Source: Vulcanimicrobiota bacterium (GTDB lineage: Bacteria; Vulcanimicrobiota; Xenobia; Xenobiales; JADMJV01). From it: a DNA stretch of 64,000 nucleotides. This document shows positions 19,239 to 30,152 of the stretch, one piece after another; positions within the stretch are counted from its first letter, which is position 1, and every line of letters starts with the position of its first letter. The notes under the pieces are model-generated. The model ran no database searches. It had not been told where the DNA came from and saw only the letters and a program-made list of their open reading frames with translations. The stretch lies in NCBI GenBank assembly GCA_050250895.1, contig JBFWNU010000005.1, forward strand, positions 128,001 to 192,000, in the 5' to 3' direction. A program made the translations under genes and the position numbers.

Positions 19239-20795
19239 GTGAGACGCTCACACTACGCCGGTCTATTTCTTTTCCTGCTCTTGTGCCTATGCCTGGGACC
19301 AGGACCGGGGCAAATGGCCCAAATCCCGGGAGTGGCTCAAGCCCAGGAACTCGGTCCGGTGCCTGTGCCCACCACCTTGCCTATGGATCACCTCGACGAG
19401 CACCCTCCCGAGCACGAATCGCCCTATCACGGCTTACAGGGCGCCACCCGACGCAGCAAGATCGTTTTCGGTATCTTGCTGGCTTTGATCTTGCTCATCA
19501 TGTCGCTCGAGGTGGTGGACAAGTCGATCGTCACCATGATCGGGGCTATGGTGTGTCTGGGCCTGGCCTACAGTCCCTGGTTCGAGTTGATAACCCATGA
19601 CAAGGGTGGACACGGTCAGGCCCCGTTCTACATCTCGACGATCGACTGGAGCACCATCGGGGTGATCATCGGCACCTCGATCTTTGTCGAAATCGCCTCA
19701 CGCTCGGGGATCTTCACCTGGTCGGCCCTGCGCCTGACCAAGTCGTCGGGGGGCGACCCCTTTCGCCTGTTATTGTTGTATTCGCTGCTCACGGTTCTGT
19801 TCTCGGCCTTTCTCAATAACGTCACGGCCATGATCATCGTGGGTTCCTTGACCGTGGTCTCGTGCCGCAAGCTCGAGCTGCAGCCGCTCCCCTTTCTCTT
19901 TACCGAGGGGCTCCTCACCAACGTGGGCGGCCTGTTGACGCTGATCTCGTCGATTCCCAACATCATCGTGGGCACCACGGCCAACATCTCGTTTATGCGT
20001 TTCGTTCTGCTGGCCGCACCCTACACGTTCCTGGCGGCCGTGGTGACGGTGTTTTACGCCAAGTGGAAGTTCCCCGAGGTGCGCAGCCTCGAGAGCGAAG
20101 ACGAGATCAAGTTCTCGGCCGAGCAGGTCGCCTCGTTCGACGAGAAGGAGGCGATTAAAGACAAGCGGTTCTTCATTACGGCCTGGTTCGGGATGGCCGC
20201 CGTGATCCTGGGTTTCGCCTTCCAGTCCAGTCTGCCCATCTTGCGTGACATGGGGCTCGAGGCGGTGGCCCTGGGAGCGGCGGCTCTCTTCTTGCTGCTT
20301 TTTGCTCCCCACAAAGTGGAGGAGGCTGTCGACACCGTGGAGTGGTCCCTGGTGTTGTTCTTCGCTTCTTTGTTCGTGATTATCGGCGTCATGGAACTGG
20401 CCGGAGTGCTCTCGGCCATCGGGGACGGCCTCAAGCTGTTGCTTAATCTACCCCAGGTGGCTGGGGCCAGCGCCATTCTCTGGTCTTCGGCGCTGGCCTC
20501 GAGCGTCACCGACAACATTCCACTGGCGGTGGTGCTGTCCAAGATCCTCTCTTTAATGCAGGTCCCGAGCGACAGCGTGCTGTGGTGGTCGGTCATCTTC
20601 GGAGCCAATCTGGGGGGCAACATTACGCCCATCGGCTCGGCCTCGACGGTGGTGGCCATGACGGTCATCAAGAAAGAAGGCATCGAGCTGAGTTTTCTGG
20701 GCTTTGTCAGGATGGCCGTGCCCTTTGCTCTCATTCAATTGGTGCTCGCTACGATCTATCTCTTGCTCCTGATGGGACTGCATATCGTCTCGTAG
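19239..20795 (+). CDS. ArsB/NhaD/SLC13-family permease
   Basis: SAFLNNVT, TNVGGLLTLISSIPNII, TDNIP, GANLGGNITPIGSAS; AGGAGG RBS. Confidence 0.9.
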   Translation: MRRSHYAGLFLFLLLCLCLGPGPGQMAQIPGVAQAQELGPVPVPTTLPMDHLDEHPPEHESPYHGLQGATRRSKIVFGILLALILLIMSLEVVDKSIVTMIGAMVCLGLAYSPWFELITHDKGGHGQAPFYISTIDWSTIGVIIGTSIFVEIASRSGIFTWSALRLTKSSGGDPFRLLLLYSLLTVLFSAFLNNVTAMIIVGSLTVVSCRKLELQPLPFLFTEGLLTNVGGLLTLISSIPNIIVGTTANISFMRFVLLAAPYTFLAAVVTVFYAKWKFPEVRSLESEDEIKFSAEQVASFDEKEAIKDKRFFITAWFGMAAVILGFAFQSSLPILRDMGLEAVALGAAALFLLLFAPHKVEEAVDTVEWSLVLFFASLFVIIGVMELAGVLSAIGDGLKLLLNLPQVAGASAILWSSALASSVTDNIPLAVVLSKILSLMQVPSDSVLWWSVIFGANLGGNITPIGSASTVVAMTVIKKEGIELSFLGFVRMAVPFALIQLVLATIYLLLLMGLHIVS

Positions 20796-20835
20796 GGGGA
20801 TGCAGCCCTGGCGTCTATCTGGTAGGATAGAGGTT

Positions 20836-23262
20836 ATGGGGGAAGTTCTGCAACGTCGAGGGATTGCTCTGGTGGCTGTTTTGCTGCTGGCCATGGTGAT
20901 GGCGGTAGTCGCCACCGCCTTTTTGGCAATTCATCGCAACTCACTAGGTATGCTGGCGGCCTCGGGGCAAAGCCTGTTGGCGCGCGAGGCCAGTCTAAGC
21001 GGCATCGAGTATGCCCAGATGCGGCTCGAATCCGACTCTAACTGGGGAATACCCAGCGGCGGAAACCGCTCCTTGCAGCCGGTCGTCGGGATGGGCCCTT
21101 TTTTGGTTTGGGAAGGGCAAGCGAGCGGGACCTTCCAGGTGGTGGGGGTGCTCGATGGAGGCAAGGCCTGCTTCCAGATGCACTTTCAGGCGCCGGGCTC
21201 GGCCGTGCAAGATTTTCAGGCCTTCCAGCCGCGAGACATCCTGGCCCATCCGGCCGACCCGACTCGCTGGTCTACGTTTCGCGTCTCGAAACGCCGGGTC
21301 TCCAAGAATAACCTCAATTCGCTGAGCATCAGCCCGCCCCTGACGGGCAACATGGTCGGTTTCCGCAACCTTCCCAGCCGAACGGCGCTCATTCAGGTCA
21401 TGGCTGACGCTGAAGGCAGTCGCAAGTATCTCGATGTGACCATGAGACGGTCGAATTTCGTGGATCAGGCGGTGGCGGTCGAGGGCTCGCTGGGCGTGCG
21501 GATCGACGACGACAGCCTGGACGGACGCTGGGATATCGTCTCCAACCAGGCCAGCAACAAAATTCTGGCCAACGGAGCCATCTTCGCTCCTGAGGTGAGC
21601 ACGAGCAATGTCCAGGTCCAATTTATCAGCCCCGGAGGCGCGGGCGACAAAGGCCAATTGCGCTCTGGTTCTACCATCGGTTTGGGAGGCCTCAGCCGGG
21701 TAGACTACAACCCCAACCTGGCCGACCCGTCGCTCCGCGTGATCTTTGACCAGAGCGGCACCAAGATCGGCGACGGGGTCAACGACGCTGCCGAGCGCAA
21801 TCTGGTCAAGACCCAGAGTCAGGGCGACTTCATCCCGAACGCTCCCAAGCAGCGGGTGCCCGATGTCGACCCCTCGCGACTGACAGCTTCGGCTCACAAT
21901 TATCAGTTGCCTAGCGGGCGCTATCATTTTTCGGCACCCAACCGGGTAGACTACTACGCCAACCCCCACGCTTCCCTGGGGACTCCGCCCACCAGAACCT
22001 TCGTCGATGTGATTCCCGACAGCTTCCATCTGGGCGGCACCGGCACGGCGGCCATCCGACTCTCGAACCGCGTATTTCGGGTGGCCGGTGACAGCGAGGT
22101 GCAGTTCAACGGCGAGGTCAACATCACCAGCAATAAGCAGGGTGTGCCCTACGTCGGCCTTGGCTACGATAGCCTGGGTCTGTCGGGCAAAGCCGGCGGA
22201 ATCAAGGTGGCTGGCGACTTCTCGATCGATGGAGCGGTGGTCGGAACCGGGGCCGTGGTGGCCACGGCCGGGGATGGAGACGGCCGGGTGACCATTCAAG
22301 GCAAGAGCGCCATCGCCGCGCCCCAGGATGCCGGAGTCACCCTCTATGCCGAAGGCGATGTGGTGATGAAACCGGCTTCAGGGCTTCTGCCCACCAGCGG
22401 CGGACCGTCCATCCTGGATTTCGAGGTTTTCAAGTCGGGGCTCGACAACTACAACTTCAACATGGGCGGCAATCATTCTCTCAACGCCTGGGCCGGATTG
22501 AGCCCAGATTGGCGCCGCAAGCACATCGTGGACGGGACCGGCATCAAAGGGGGCGGGCCCCCGGTGCTCGACCGTAACGTGGGGGGCGGAGTGTTCCGCA
22601 ACGCCCTCGACGACCTGCGTTCTGAACTGGTCGGTTCGCCGGGTGTGACTTCCGCGGACCTGTTTGAATTCGACAAGTTTGTGGACGGAGTTCCCGACCC
22701 GATGGGCACCACCACGTCTACCACCGACGGGATGCCCACCACCAGCGGTGGCCCGAGCTGGCTCATCCCGCCGGCCGACCCGAACGTGCGGAACTACCTG
22801 GCCGCCCGCCAGTATGCGCTCGATGTGGTGGCCCTGCGCCAGAATGAGCCTCCGGGCACTCCCAATCCTTTTGATCCGGGCACCTACTCCGAAGAGACGC
22901 TCGGCAACGGCGCCTACACGGTGATGGATGTCATGGCCGACGGAGCCAAGCAGGTAAACAAGTATTTGAGCGGATTCATGCATTCCGGCAGCAATCCGTT
23001 TCGCGACGGCTCGGCCATCCCAGCCAACCCACGCGACGTTGATTTCCGCGGCCTGGTCTATACCAACGGCAACTTCTTCGCCGATCTCGACGGTTACCGT
23101 ATGACGGTGAACGGATCGCTGGTAGCCCACCACAACGTCGGGCTCAAGGATGCCAAGAGCGTGCTGTCGATCTATAATCCCGAGTTGTTGGACCAGTTGA
23201 TGAAATACCAGGCAGCCAGCAACGCGGTTCCGCTTGAGGTGATCTCCTGGACCGAGCAGTAG
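20836..23262 (+). CDS. PilX-like large minor pilin/adhesin
   Basis: RRG|IALVAVLL without E5, A..SGIEYA, C-terminal FRGLVYTNG..GSLVA. Confidence 0.75.
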   Translation: MGEVLQRRGIALVAVLLLAMVMAVVATAFLAIHRNSLGMLAASGQSLLAREASLSGIEYAQMRLESDSNWGIPSGGNRSLQPVVGMGPFLVWEGQASGTFQVVGVLDGGKACFQMHFQAPGSAVQDFQAFQPRDILAHPADPTRWSTFRVSKRRVSKNNLNSLSISPPLTGNMVGFRNLPSRTALIQVMADAEGSRKYLDVTMRRSNFVDQAVAVEGSLGVRIDDDSLDGRWDIVSNQASNKILANGAIFAPEVSTSNVQVQFISPGGAGDKGQLRSGSTIGLGGLSRVDYNPNLADPSLRVIFDQSGTKIGDGVNDAAERNLVKTQSQGDFIPNAPKQRVPDVDPSRLTASAHNYQLPSGRYHFSAPNRVDYYANPHASLGTPPTRTFVDVIPDSFHLGGTGTAAIRLSNRVFRVAGDSEVQFNGEVNITSNKQGVPYVGLGYDSLGLSGKAGGIKVAGDFSIDGAVVGTGAVVATAGDGDGRVTIQGKSAIAAPQDAGVTLYAEGDVVMKPASGLLPTSGGPSILDFEVFKSGLDNYNFNMGGNHSLNAWAGLSPDWRRKHIVDGTGIKGGGPPVLDRNVGGGVFRNALDDLRSELVGSPGVTSADLFEFDKFVDGVPDPMGTTTSTTDGMPTTSGGPSWLIPPADPNVRNYLAARQYALDVVALRQNEPPGTPNPFDPGTYSEETLGNGAYTVMDVMADGAKQVNKYLSGFMHSGSNPFRDGSAIPANPRDVDFRGLVYTNGNFFADLDGYRMTVNGSLVAHHNVGLKDAKSVLSIYNPELLDQLMKYQAASNAVPLEVISWTEQ

Positions 23263-23267
23263 CTGGC

Positions 23268-23717
23268 GTGCGGGGGCGGCGTTGTGAGGCCGGGCTCACG
23301 GTGGCCGAAGTGGTGGTGGCGCTGGGGGTGTTTGGCTTCATGTTCGTATCGCTGGCCGCGCTGTTTGCGAACCTTCTGGGAGGTTCGACCAAGTCCGCCA
23401 ATTTGACGGTAGGACGCGCCTATGCCAGCGAGCGTCTCGAGGCGGCCATTGCCGGCAACGCCTACTGGCCGGTCCCTGCCGATGCCTCTACGGGCCTGTA
23501 TTCGGTCGACGAAGAACACCAGACGACTTTCTTCCATCGCATTACCACCACGAAGATCCCGGCCTCTGCCTCGCCAGCCTACACAGGGGCCTACTATATC
23601 GAGGTGGAAGTGTGGTGGTGGTCGAGCGGCCCGGACCAGGGCCGCGGCAACCACGGTAAGCTCAGTACGAAGGTCGGACGGTTGCACTATCCGGACGGAA
23701 AAGTCGTGGCCCCTTGA
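23268..23717 (+). CDS. PilV-like minor prepilin
   Basis: AG|LTVAEVVVALG class III signal. Confidence 0.8.
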   Translation: MRGRRCEAGLTVAEVVVALGVFGFMFVSLAALFANLLGGSTKSANLTVGRAYASERLEAAIAGNAYWPVPADASTGLYSVDEEHQTTFFHRITTTKIPASASPAYTGAYYIEVEVWWWSSGPDQGRGNHGKLSTKVGRLHYPDGKVVAP

Positions 23718-24367
23718 GGTGCAGGCGCGGGATGAGCCTGCTCGAGGCAGTCCTCGTAGTAGGCCTCTTTGCCATTCTCAGCGCCGCCCTTTTCGGGATG
23801 TTTCACTGGGGGGTCAGCCAGTTCTTTCTCGGAGCCAGTCGCCAATCGGCCCAGAGCCAGGCCGCTCGGGCTTTGGCCGTACTCGAAAAGACCATTCGCG
23901 AGGCCCCCCGAGACAGCGTGGGCCTGGCCACCGGACCGGGCCGCCAGGTGACGGTCGCTCCTAACACTTTTTCACGGGACGGCGTGGTGGTGGCTTCGCT
24001 CTCGAACTGGAGCGACGCCAGCCTCTATGACGTGGACGGCGTTCCCCGCTGGGACCGCTACGTGATGTTCTATGCTACCAACACCGTGCCCACCGGCGAA
24101 CTGCGCCGGGTGCTCATCAACCCCACCAATCCGGTGGTGGGTCCCTGGATTCTCTTTCCTGGAGGGTATCTGGCGACTCCCCCCCTGCCCCCCGGCGGAG
24201 TGATCGAGCAGTCGACCCTGCTGGCCGACGACCTGCTTCACTTCAAGATTTCACCGGCGGCGTCGGGGTACCGCATCGAGCTGATCTTTCAGGCCCGATC
24301 CAGCACTGGCAAAGAAGAGTTTTTGCAGACCAACTTGCTGGTCACCCCTCGCAACAACGATACCTAG
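23714..24367 (+). CDS. PilW-like minor prepilin
   Basis: RRG|MSLLEAVLVVG class III signal. Confidence 0.8.
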   Translation: MRCRRGMSLLEAVLVVGLFAILSAALFGMFHWGVSQFFLGASRQSAQSQAARALAVLEKTIREAPRDSVGLATGPGRQVTVAPNTFSRDGVVVASLSNWSDASLYDVDGVPRWDRYVMFYATNTVPTGELRRVLINPTNPVVGPWILFPGGYLATPPLPPGGVIEQSTLLADDLLHFKISPAASGYRIELIFQARSSTGKEEFLQTNLLVTPRNNDT

Positions 24368-26679
24368 TCCGACTCCAGGCGGTAGTAGCCAAAGCCTTTG
24401 GGTGGCAGGGTGAGGCTGAGCTTGCCGTCTTTGAGGGTGACCTGTTGGGGTCCCACCAAAGCCCGAGCGGTGCTGGCCTGGAGTGGCATCTCGTCGAGGG
24501 GGATGTCGATGGACTTGCTCTCTTCGGAATTGTTGAAGACACACACGACCTGTTCTTCGGGGCGAAGTCGGGCCAGGGCGTAGGTATCATCGGTCACCAG
24601 CAGCTCTTTCTGGGTGCCGAACTCGAGCGCCGCCGAGAGCTTGCGAGCCTGGGTCAGGCCGCTGACGAAGCCCAACAGGTCGGGGTTTTTGTCCCACTCC
24701 ATGTCCTTGCGGTTATCGGGGCCCCAGCCGTCCATGCCCACTTCGGTGCCGTAATACAGGCAGGGGATGCCCCGGCAAGCATAGAGGAAGCCCAGGGCGA
24801 TGCGAAGCTTTCTCTCGTCGCCAGCGCAGTCGCTCATGAAGCGCAGCATGTCGTGGTTGTCGACGAAGATGCCCAGTTTCTTAGGATTGTCATAGAGATA
24901 GTCCTTGGACAGTGCCTCTGACAAAAGCTTCATGCTCTCGCTGCCATTGGACTTCAAGAGCCGGATCGACTCGGTCTTGTGATGGGGACGAACCTTCTTG
25001 GAAAGGGCGATCCGGTCGGCAAAGGAGCGGTTGGGATCGCCCGAAAAGACGTTGCGGATGGCGTAGGCCAGGTTGAAGTCGAACATCGACTCCTGATTGC
25101 GGTTCTGGTAGCCGGCCACGAAGTTGGGGTTGAGCCAGAAGGCCTCACCGATGGATAGGAAGTTGCCGGTCTTTTCTTTCATCGCCTCGTTGAAGCGACG
25201 TAGGAACTGCTCGGGAACGTGCCGCACGGCGTCCATGCGGAAGGCGTCTACCCCCGTCTGAGTGAGCCAGCGCTGGTGCACATCGATCAGGTAATTAGCC
25301 ACCTCGGGGTTCTCCTGGTCCAGGTCGGGAAGGCCCGCCAGAGCCTGGTTTTCCATGGCCCACTGGCCGATCCAGCTGAGGTCTCCCTGGTTGTGGAACC
25401 ACTGCTTGAAGTTGGGGTCGGTAACCCTGGGATGATTGTAACCGGTGTGGTTGACCACCACATCGAGCATCACTTTCATGCCTTTGGCATGGGCCTTGTC
25501 GGTCAACTCTTTGAGCTTGGCCAGATTGCCGAACCCCGGCTCGGGGGCCTCGAAGTCGTGCGGCCAGTAGCCGTGATAGCCGTCCGAGCCCAGAAAGTCG
25601 CGATCGTTCTCGTAAGGACATGACAGCCACACGCAGTCGACGCCGAGGGCCTCGAGATAGTCGAGCTTGTCGATGACTCCCTGCCAGTCGCCGCCGTGAA
25701 AGCGGTTGGGGTCGTCGGAGTCGACGCCCTGGTCGTTGGCCCGGTTGCCGTTCGAGAACCGATCGGTAATGGCGTAGTAGATGGTCTTGCCTTCCCAGCG
25801 AAAGACCGAGCGCAACAGGTCGGCATCGGCGGTGACATCGCTGCTGGCTTTCATCCGGTCGCGCACGGTAGCATCCTTGTCGGCCGAGGTCAACACCTCG
25901 ATGCGCAAAGGAGTGCCGTCGGTCCAACCCCGGGCGCGGAGTTCGGCCTTGTCGAGGCCCAGGGCCAGGTGGCTGAAAGTGGTGTCGTAGTTGACCAGCG
26001 GCAACTCGACCTTCTGGCCCCGCTCATCCTGGATGTCACGGTTGTTATCGATCTTCAGACCCAGCTTATAGCCGGCCTGCGTGTCGAGGCCGAAGGGAGC
26101 GCGCAGGGGCGCGGGTTGCCCCCAATCCAACAAGAGCGTGGTATCGAGATAGCCATGTTCGGCCCCGGGCCGCAGATGGGCCGTCTCGATCTGAAAGCGG
26201 TAGGGCTCATCCGGGTTACCCTCTCGGCTGTGCAGCGAGTAGAGATCCCGCGAGCTGTCGTAGCCGTCGTAGCGCCGGTCGCTATCGCCGGTGGGGGAGA
26301 CGGCGCGCAGGTCCTGGTTGGTGAGAGGGGCGGGAGGGGCAGGCTGGCGCGCCTGATCCAACTTGTTCCACCACTTGCCTCGCTCGGCCACCAGGCGGTT
26401 TTTGAGTTGGCGACCCATCACCATGGCGTCATAGGCTAAAATATCGGCGTAGTTGCCTACCAGGCCGCCCACCGCGGCGCCAGCCACCGCGCCCACCAGG
26501 TGGTGGGAACTCAGCAGGGCCCCGGCCAGACCACCCACACAGGCCCCGGCTAGCGTTTGCAGCGGAGCGCGCAAGAGAACCTTGTCGGGTAGGGTGTTGG
26601 GGGGATTCTCGAGCTGGGACGGCTGCTCGGCCGCCTTTCTGGGCGCGGGAACCGACGATTTATAACCTGAGATGAGCAC
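24364..26679 (-). CDS. GH13 alpha-amylase family glycoside hydrolase
   Basis: YHGYW, DVVVNH, FRMDAVRHV, IGEAF, FVDNHD. Confidence 0.92.
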   Translation of the reverse strand: MLISGYKSSVPAPRKAAEQPSQLENPPNTLPDKVLLRAPLQTLAGACVGGLAGALLSSHHLVGAVAGAAVGGLVGNYADILAYDAMVMGRQLKNRLVAERGKWWNKLDQARQPAPPAPLTNQDLRAVSPTGDSDRRYDGYDSSRDLYSLHSREGNPDEPYRFQIETAHLRPGAEHGYLDTTLLLDWGQPAPLRAPFGLDTQAGYKLGLKIDNNRDIQDERGQKVELPLVNYDTTFSHLALGLDKAELRARGWTDGTPLRIEVLTSADKDATVRDRMKASSDVTADADLLRSVFRWEGKTIYYAITDRFSNGNRANDQGVDSDDPNRFHGGDWQGVIDKLDYLEALGVDCVWLSCPYENDRDFLGSDGYHGYWPHDFEAPEPGFGNLAKLKELTDKAHAKGMKVMLDVVVNHTGYNHPRVTDPNFKQWFHNQGDLSWIGQWAMENQALAGLPDLDQENPEVANYLIDVHQRWLTQTGVDAFRMDAVRHVPEQFLRRFNEAMKEKTGNFLSIGEAFWLNPNFVAGYQNRNQESMFDFNLAYAIRNVFSGDPNRSFADRIALSKKVRPHHKTESIRLLKSNGSESMKLLSEALSKDYLYDNPKKLGIFVDNHDMLRFMSDCAGDERKLRIALGFLYACRGIPCLYYGTEVGMDGWGPDNRKDMEWDKNPDLLGFVSGLTQARKLSAALEFGTQKELLVTDDTYALARLRPEEQVVCVFNNSEESKSIDIPLDEMPLQASTARALVGPQQVTLKDGKLSLTLPPKGFGYYRLESD

Positions 26680-26707
26680 CTTGGGAGCCTAGAGCAGGCG
26701 GCTGAAA

Positions 26708-27835
26708 TCAGACTGAAACGGCGATCTGGCGGGCCAGTGACGACCATCGGTAGGGGGCCAGGGCCGCCTCGAGGTCAAGCGTCGGCCGGGCCGCGAAGGC
26801 CCGGGCCAGAGCCTGCTCGAGGTCGCTGACAAAGCCGGCTACCCCGTGGGGGGCCAAACGATCCACCCCCTCGAGCGCGGGCATCGGCACCAGGGTGACC
26901 CAGCCGCTCTCGATCAGCTCGGGCGCGAGCCAATCGACTACCGTCGGCAATGCCGTCACCACCACCTTGCAGCCGCAGGCCAGGGCCTCGAGTAGTACCA
27001 GTGGCAACCCCTCATAGAGCGAAGGCAGGCAAAAGACTTCGCTGGCGCGCATCTCGTCGGCCAGCTGTTCTTGCGAGAGCAGGCCCAACAGCCTCGCACC
27101 GGCTCTTTTCGCCTGGTGGGCTACCTCGTCCGAGCCCGCGCCGGCCAGGCTCAAATCGTAAGCCCTGGCGGCTTCGAGTAGCTGGGGCACCCCCTTGGTC
27201 GGACACAGCTTGCCCGCGTAGAGCAGCTTGCGTTCAACGGGGCGTGAGCCGGCGAAGAAGACATCCTCGCGAAAGCCGGCCCCGCTGACCTGGATGCGGG
27301 CCGGCTCGATGGCGAGCAGGGCCGCAATCTCGATCGCTTGCGAGGGGGTCAGGGCGAAGATCTTGTCGAGCCGGGCCAGAGCGGGCCGGATGCGCTCGAA
27401 GATCCAGTCAACCCTTCGGGCCTGGCGCAATCCGGTGCCGTGGCAACAGGCCGCCACTTTCAGGTCGGGGTGATTGCGACGGGCCAGGGCGGCCACCACC
27501 CACAGGTGGTTGCAGAGCAAGAACTGGGGCTTGCAAGCTGCCACGGCCTGCTCGAGGACGCGACCAAAGGCTTTCTCGTAGGCCACCAGTTGACCCTCGT
27601 CGAGGTGCGACCAGACCGTCGAGGGATAAGGCATCACGTCACTCATGCCCACCACCGCAAAAGGCAGTTCGGGCGTCTCGAAGCGGACCGGCCAGAAACG
27701 CGGCTCGCCAGCGAAGTCTGGGCCGACCCCGACCACCGCCCTGGCCTCAGGCCACTGCTCGAGCAGAGCCTGAAGATGAACACCCGAGCCGGTCCGGCCC
27801 GGGTGTTGGCAGTGGACCAGCAGGGCCCTGGCCAT
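26708..27835 (-). CDS. Glycosyltransferase family 4
   Basis: True start MARALLV (TAATG overlap with pit stop); YAGKL..KGV, LPSLYEGLPLVLLEALACG. Confidence 0.9.
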   Translation of the reverse strand: MARALLVHCQHPGRTGSGVHLQALLEQWPEARAVVGVGPDFAGEPRFWPVRFETPELPFAVVGMSDVMPYPSTVWSHLDEGQLVAYEKAFGRVLEQAVAACKPQFLLCNHLWVVAALARRNHPDLKVAACCHGTGLRQARRVDWIFERIRPALARLDKIFALTPSQAIEIAALLAIEPARIQVSGAGFREDVFFAGSRPVERKLLYAGKLCPTKGVPQLLEAARAYDLSLAGAGSDEVAHQAKRAGARLLGLLSQEQLADEMRASEVFCLPSLYEGLPLVLLEALACGCKVVVTALPTVVDWLAPELIESGWVTLVPMPALEGVDRLAPHGVAGFVSDLEQALARAFAARPTLDLEAALAPYRWSSLARQIAVSV

Positions 27836-29274
27836 TAGCCGACCAGCGCTCCGAACAGCAGGAACAGTGCGGCTGAGAGGGCCATGCTGACGGGCAGTGT
27901 CAGCACCCAGGCCAGCAGGATACTCTTGATGGTTTTGGGCTGCACACCCGAGCGGTTGGCCACCATCGTACCGGCCACCCCCGACGAGAGCACATGGGTG
28001 GTGCTCACGGGCAGGCCACTGATATCGGCGATGCCGATGGTGGCCATGGCCACCAGTTCGGCGGCGGCACCCTGGGCGTAGGTCAGGTGGGTCTTGCCGA
28101 TCTTCTCGCCGACAGTGACTACGATGCGCTTCCAGCCGACCATCGTGCCCAGCCCCAGGGCCAGGGCCACGGCCACCTTGACCCAATCCGAGACATATTC
28201 GGTCATCGACTTGAGGTCTTCGCGATAGGCCCTGAGCGATTTTTGTTCGGCGGGCGAGAAACGCTCGTCGTGCTCCAGGTTCTTGAGTACTTTCGAGACC
28301 AACAAGATTTCAGTCCGGATCTTCCAGCGTCGTTCCCGGGGCAAATCGGTCAGGGCCGAGTTATTGAGCTGTTCGTGCAGGTCGCGGGCCTGGGCCGCGG
28401 CGGCCAGGGCCACCTCGGCGCTCACAGGTTGGTCGGAAGTGTAGTTGCGCAGCACGTCTTCGGCTAGCGACGGCTCGGCCTGGTCGGGAAACTTCGCCTG
28501 AACCAGCTGGTCGAAATGGCTCGAGGCTTGCACCACCTGAGCCACTTGATGGTCGGGGCAGTGCAGGTTGATAGCGTAGCCGGCGGGCACCAGGCCGATG
28601 AGAATCAGCATGATCAGGCCCATTCCTTTTTGGCCATCGTTGGAGCCGTGGGCCAGCGAGACCCCCGAGCAGGTGAAGATGAGAATGGCCCGGATCCAGC
28701 CCGGCGGGGGCGCGTCTTTGGCGGGCTCTTCATACAGTTCGGGATTGGTGGCAAACTTCTTGAGCAGCATCAGCAGGCCGCCGGCCAGCATAAAGCCCAC
28801 CAGCGGGCTCAGCAGCAGCGACAGGCCCACCTGGGTGGCCTTCTCCCAGTGGACTCCGTGGGCGGAGTGGACCAGACCCACCCCGATGATGGCCCCGATG
28901 AGGGTGTGCGAACTCGAGGCCGGGATGCCGTAATACCAGGTGCCCAGGTTCCAGATGACGGCCGAGAGCAAGACCGCGAAGACCATCGCGAAGCCCCGGG
29001 CTCCCACATCGACCAGCAAGTCGACAGGGAGCAGGTTGACCACCGAGTAGGCCACTCCCACGCCGCTGAGCATGACCCCCAGAAAGTTGCAAACCCCCGA
29101 AAGCACAACCGCTTGCGTGGGTTTGAGAGAGTTAGTGTAGATGACGGTGGCGACGGCGTTGGCCGTGTCGTGGAAGCCGTTGATAAACTCGAAGCCCAGG
29201 GCGATGATGAGGGCGACGACAAGAAAGACCACGGTCCCCATGGCCAGGGGACTGTCGTGAAGCACGAACTCCAT
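27835..29274 (-). CDS. pit: Inorganic phosphate transporter (PiT family)
   Basis: FINGFHDTANAVAT, PASSSH, HGSNDGQK, PVSTTH. Confidence 0.95.
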   Translation of the reverse strand: MEFVLHDSPLAMGTVVFLVVALIIALGFEFINGFHDTANAVATVIYTNSLKPTQAVVLSGVCNFLGVMLSGVGVAYSVVNLLPVDLLVDVGARGFAMVFAVLLSAVIWNLGTWYYGIPASSSHTLIGAIIGVGLVHSAHGVHWEKATQVGLSLLLSPLVGFMLAGGLLMLLKKFATNPELYEEPAKDAPPPGWIRAILIFTCSGVSLAHGSNDGQKGMGLIMLILIGLVPAGYAINLHCPDHQVAQVVQASSHFDQLVQAKFPDQAEPSLAEDVLRNYTSDQPVSAEVALAAAAQARDLHEQLNNSALTDLPRERRWKIRTEILLVSKVLKNLEHDERFSPAEQKSLRAYREDLKSMTEYVSDWVKVAVALALGLGTMVGWKRIVVTVGEKIGKTHLTYAQGAAAELVAMATIGIADISGLPVSTTHVLSSGVAGTMVANRSGVQPKTIKSILLAWVLTLPVSMALSAALFLLFGALVG

Positions 29275-29468
29275 GAGACCTCCCGAATGCTCAGGTTTCG
29301 TAGATGGCCCGATCGGGGCCTGCGAGTAGGGGAGTAGAAGTGACTAGAAGATTTGTGGTATCGAAGAAGACCCGGGCTCGGCGGTCGTTCTTGCGGGATT
29401 CGTTGGTTGCCTGTTTCTGTTTCGTATGAGCCACCCACAGTTTAGCACGGCGTGCACGATAGTGCAAG

Positions 29469-29996
29469 TCAGGGAGACATGAAAGTGTCTACAGTCTGCA
29501 TGCGCTCAAGCAACTCGGCTTGCTGAGCGTCATCGAGGCTGATAGGGTGGCGGAACTGTTTTGGGCCCTTGGAGAGAACCATCAGCAACAGCTGGCGATT
29601 GCCCAGGCGGGTTTCTCCCAGGACCTCCAGGCGCAGGTCCACATCCGACGGACCGACCCGCAGCCCGTCGACACTGCCCAGCGGCACACGCTCGCGCTCG
29701 GGAGGGTCGGTGCTGGCCGCTTTGGCCACCATTTCCTTCCAGGTATTCCAACTGGCCAGGTCCAGATAGAGACGAGCCTGGCCCGGGGAGAGGCTGAAAA
29801 AGGCCGCGATTCGCGTCTCGCCGGTGGAGTTTTTCAGGATGGCGAAATCGATGACGGTATGCTTGTCGAGCTTGGCCCGACCGGCCGCCTGGACCAACTC
29901 GAGCCCGTCATAGTCCTGGGCCAGGGCCGGCCCATTCAAGAAAAGGGTAGACAGAATCAGCATTAGCTGGTATTTTAGGAACATGCGAAGCGACAT
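29469..29996 (-). CDS. Hypothetical secreted protein
   Basis: Signal peptide ending ALA|QD. Confidence 0.65.
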   Translation of the reverse strand: MSLRMFLKYQLMLILSTLFLNGPALAQDYDGLELVQAAGRAKLDKHTVIDFAILKNSTGETRIAAFFSLSPGQARLYLDLASWNTWKEMVAKAASTDPPERERVPLGSVDGLRVGPSDVDLRLEVLGETRLGNRQLLLMVLSKGPKQFRHPISLDDAQQAELLERMQTVDTFMSP

Positions 29997-30152
29997 GGCA
30001 CTATCATTTGATTCCGCCGCGCTTCTTCCTATTTGCTGCTGTTGTCCCTGTTGTTGTAGCTAACGAGGGCTTCTAGCGCAAAATCGGCAATCGCCGCCTG
30101 AAAGTCCTCGGTCCAAACAAACACCGGGGACTTTTCATTTAGGGAGAAGAAA

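Noticed and set aside
26708-28186. Extended ORF-track starts (also 35818, 30978, 46470, 49110, 56787, 58608)
   Set aside because: Extensions overlap real genes; internal starts give coupled overlaps or canonical N-termini.
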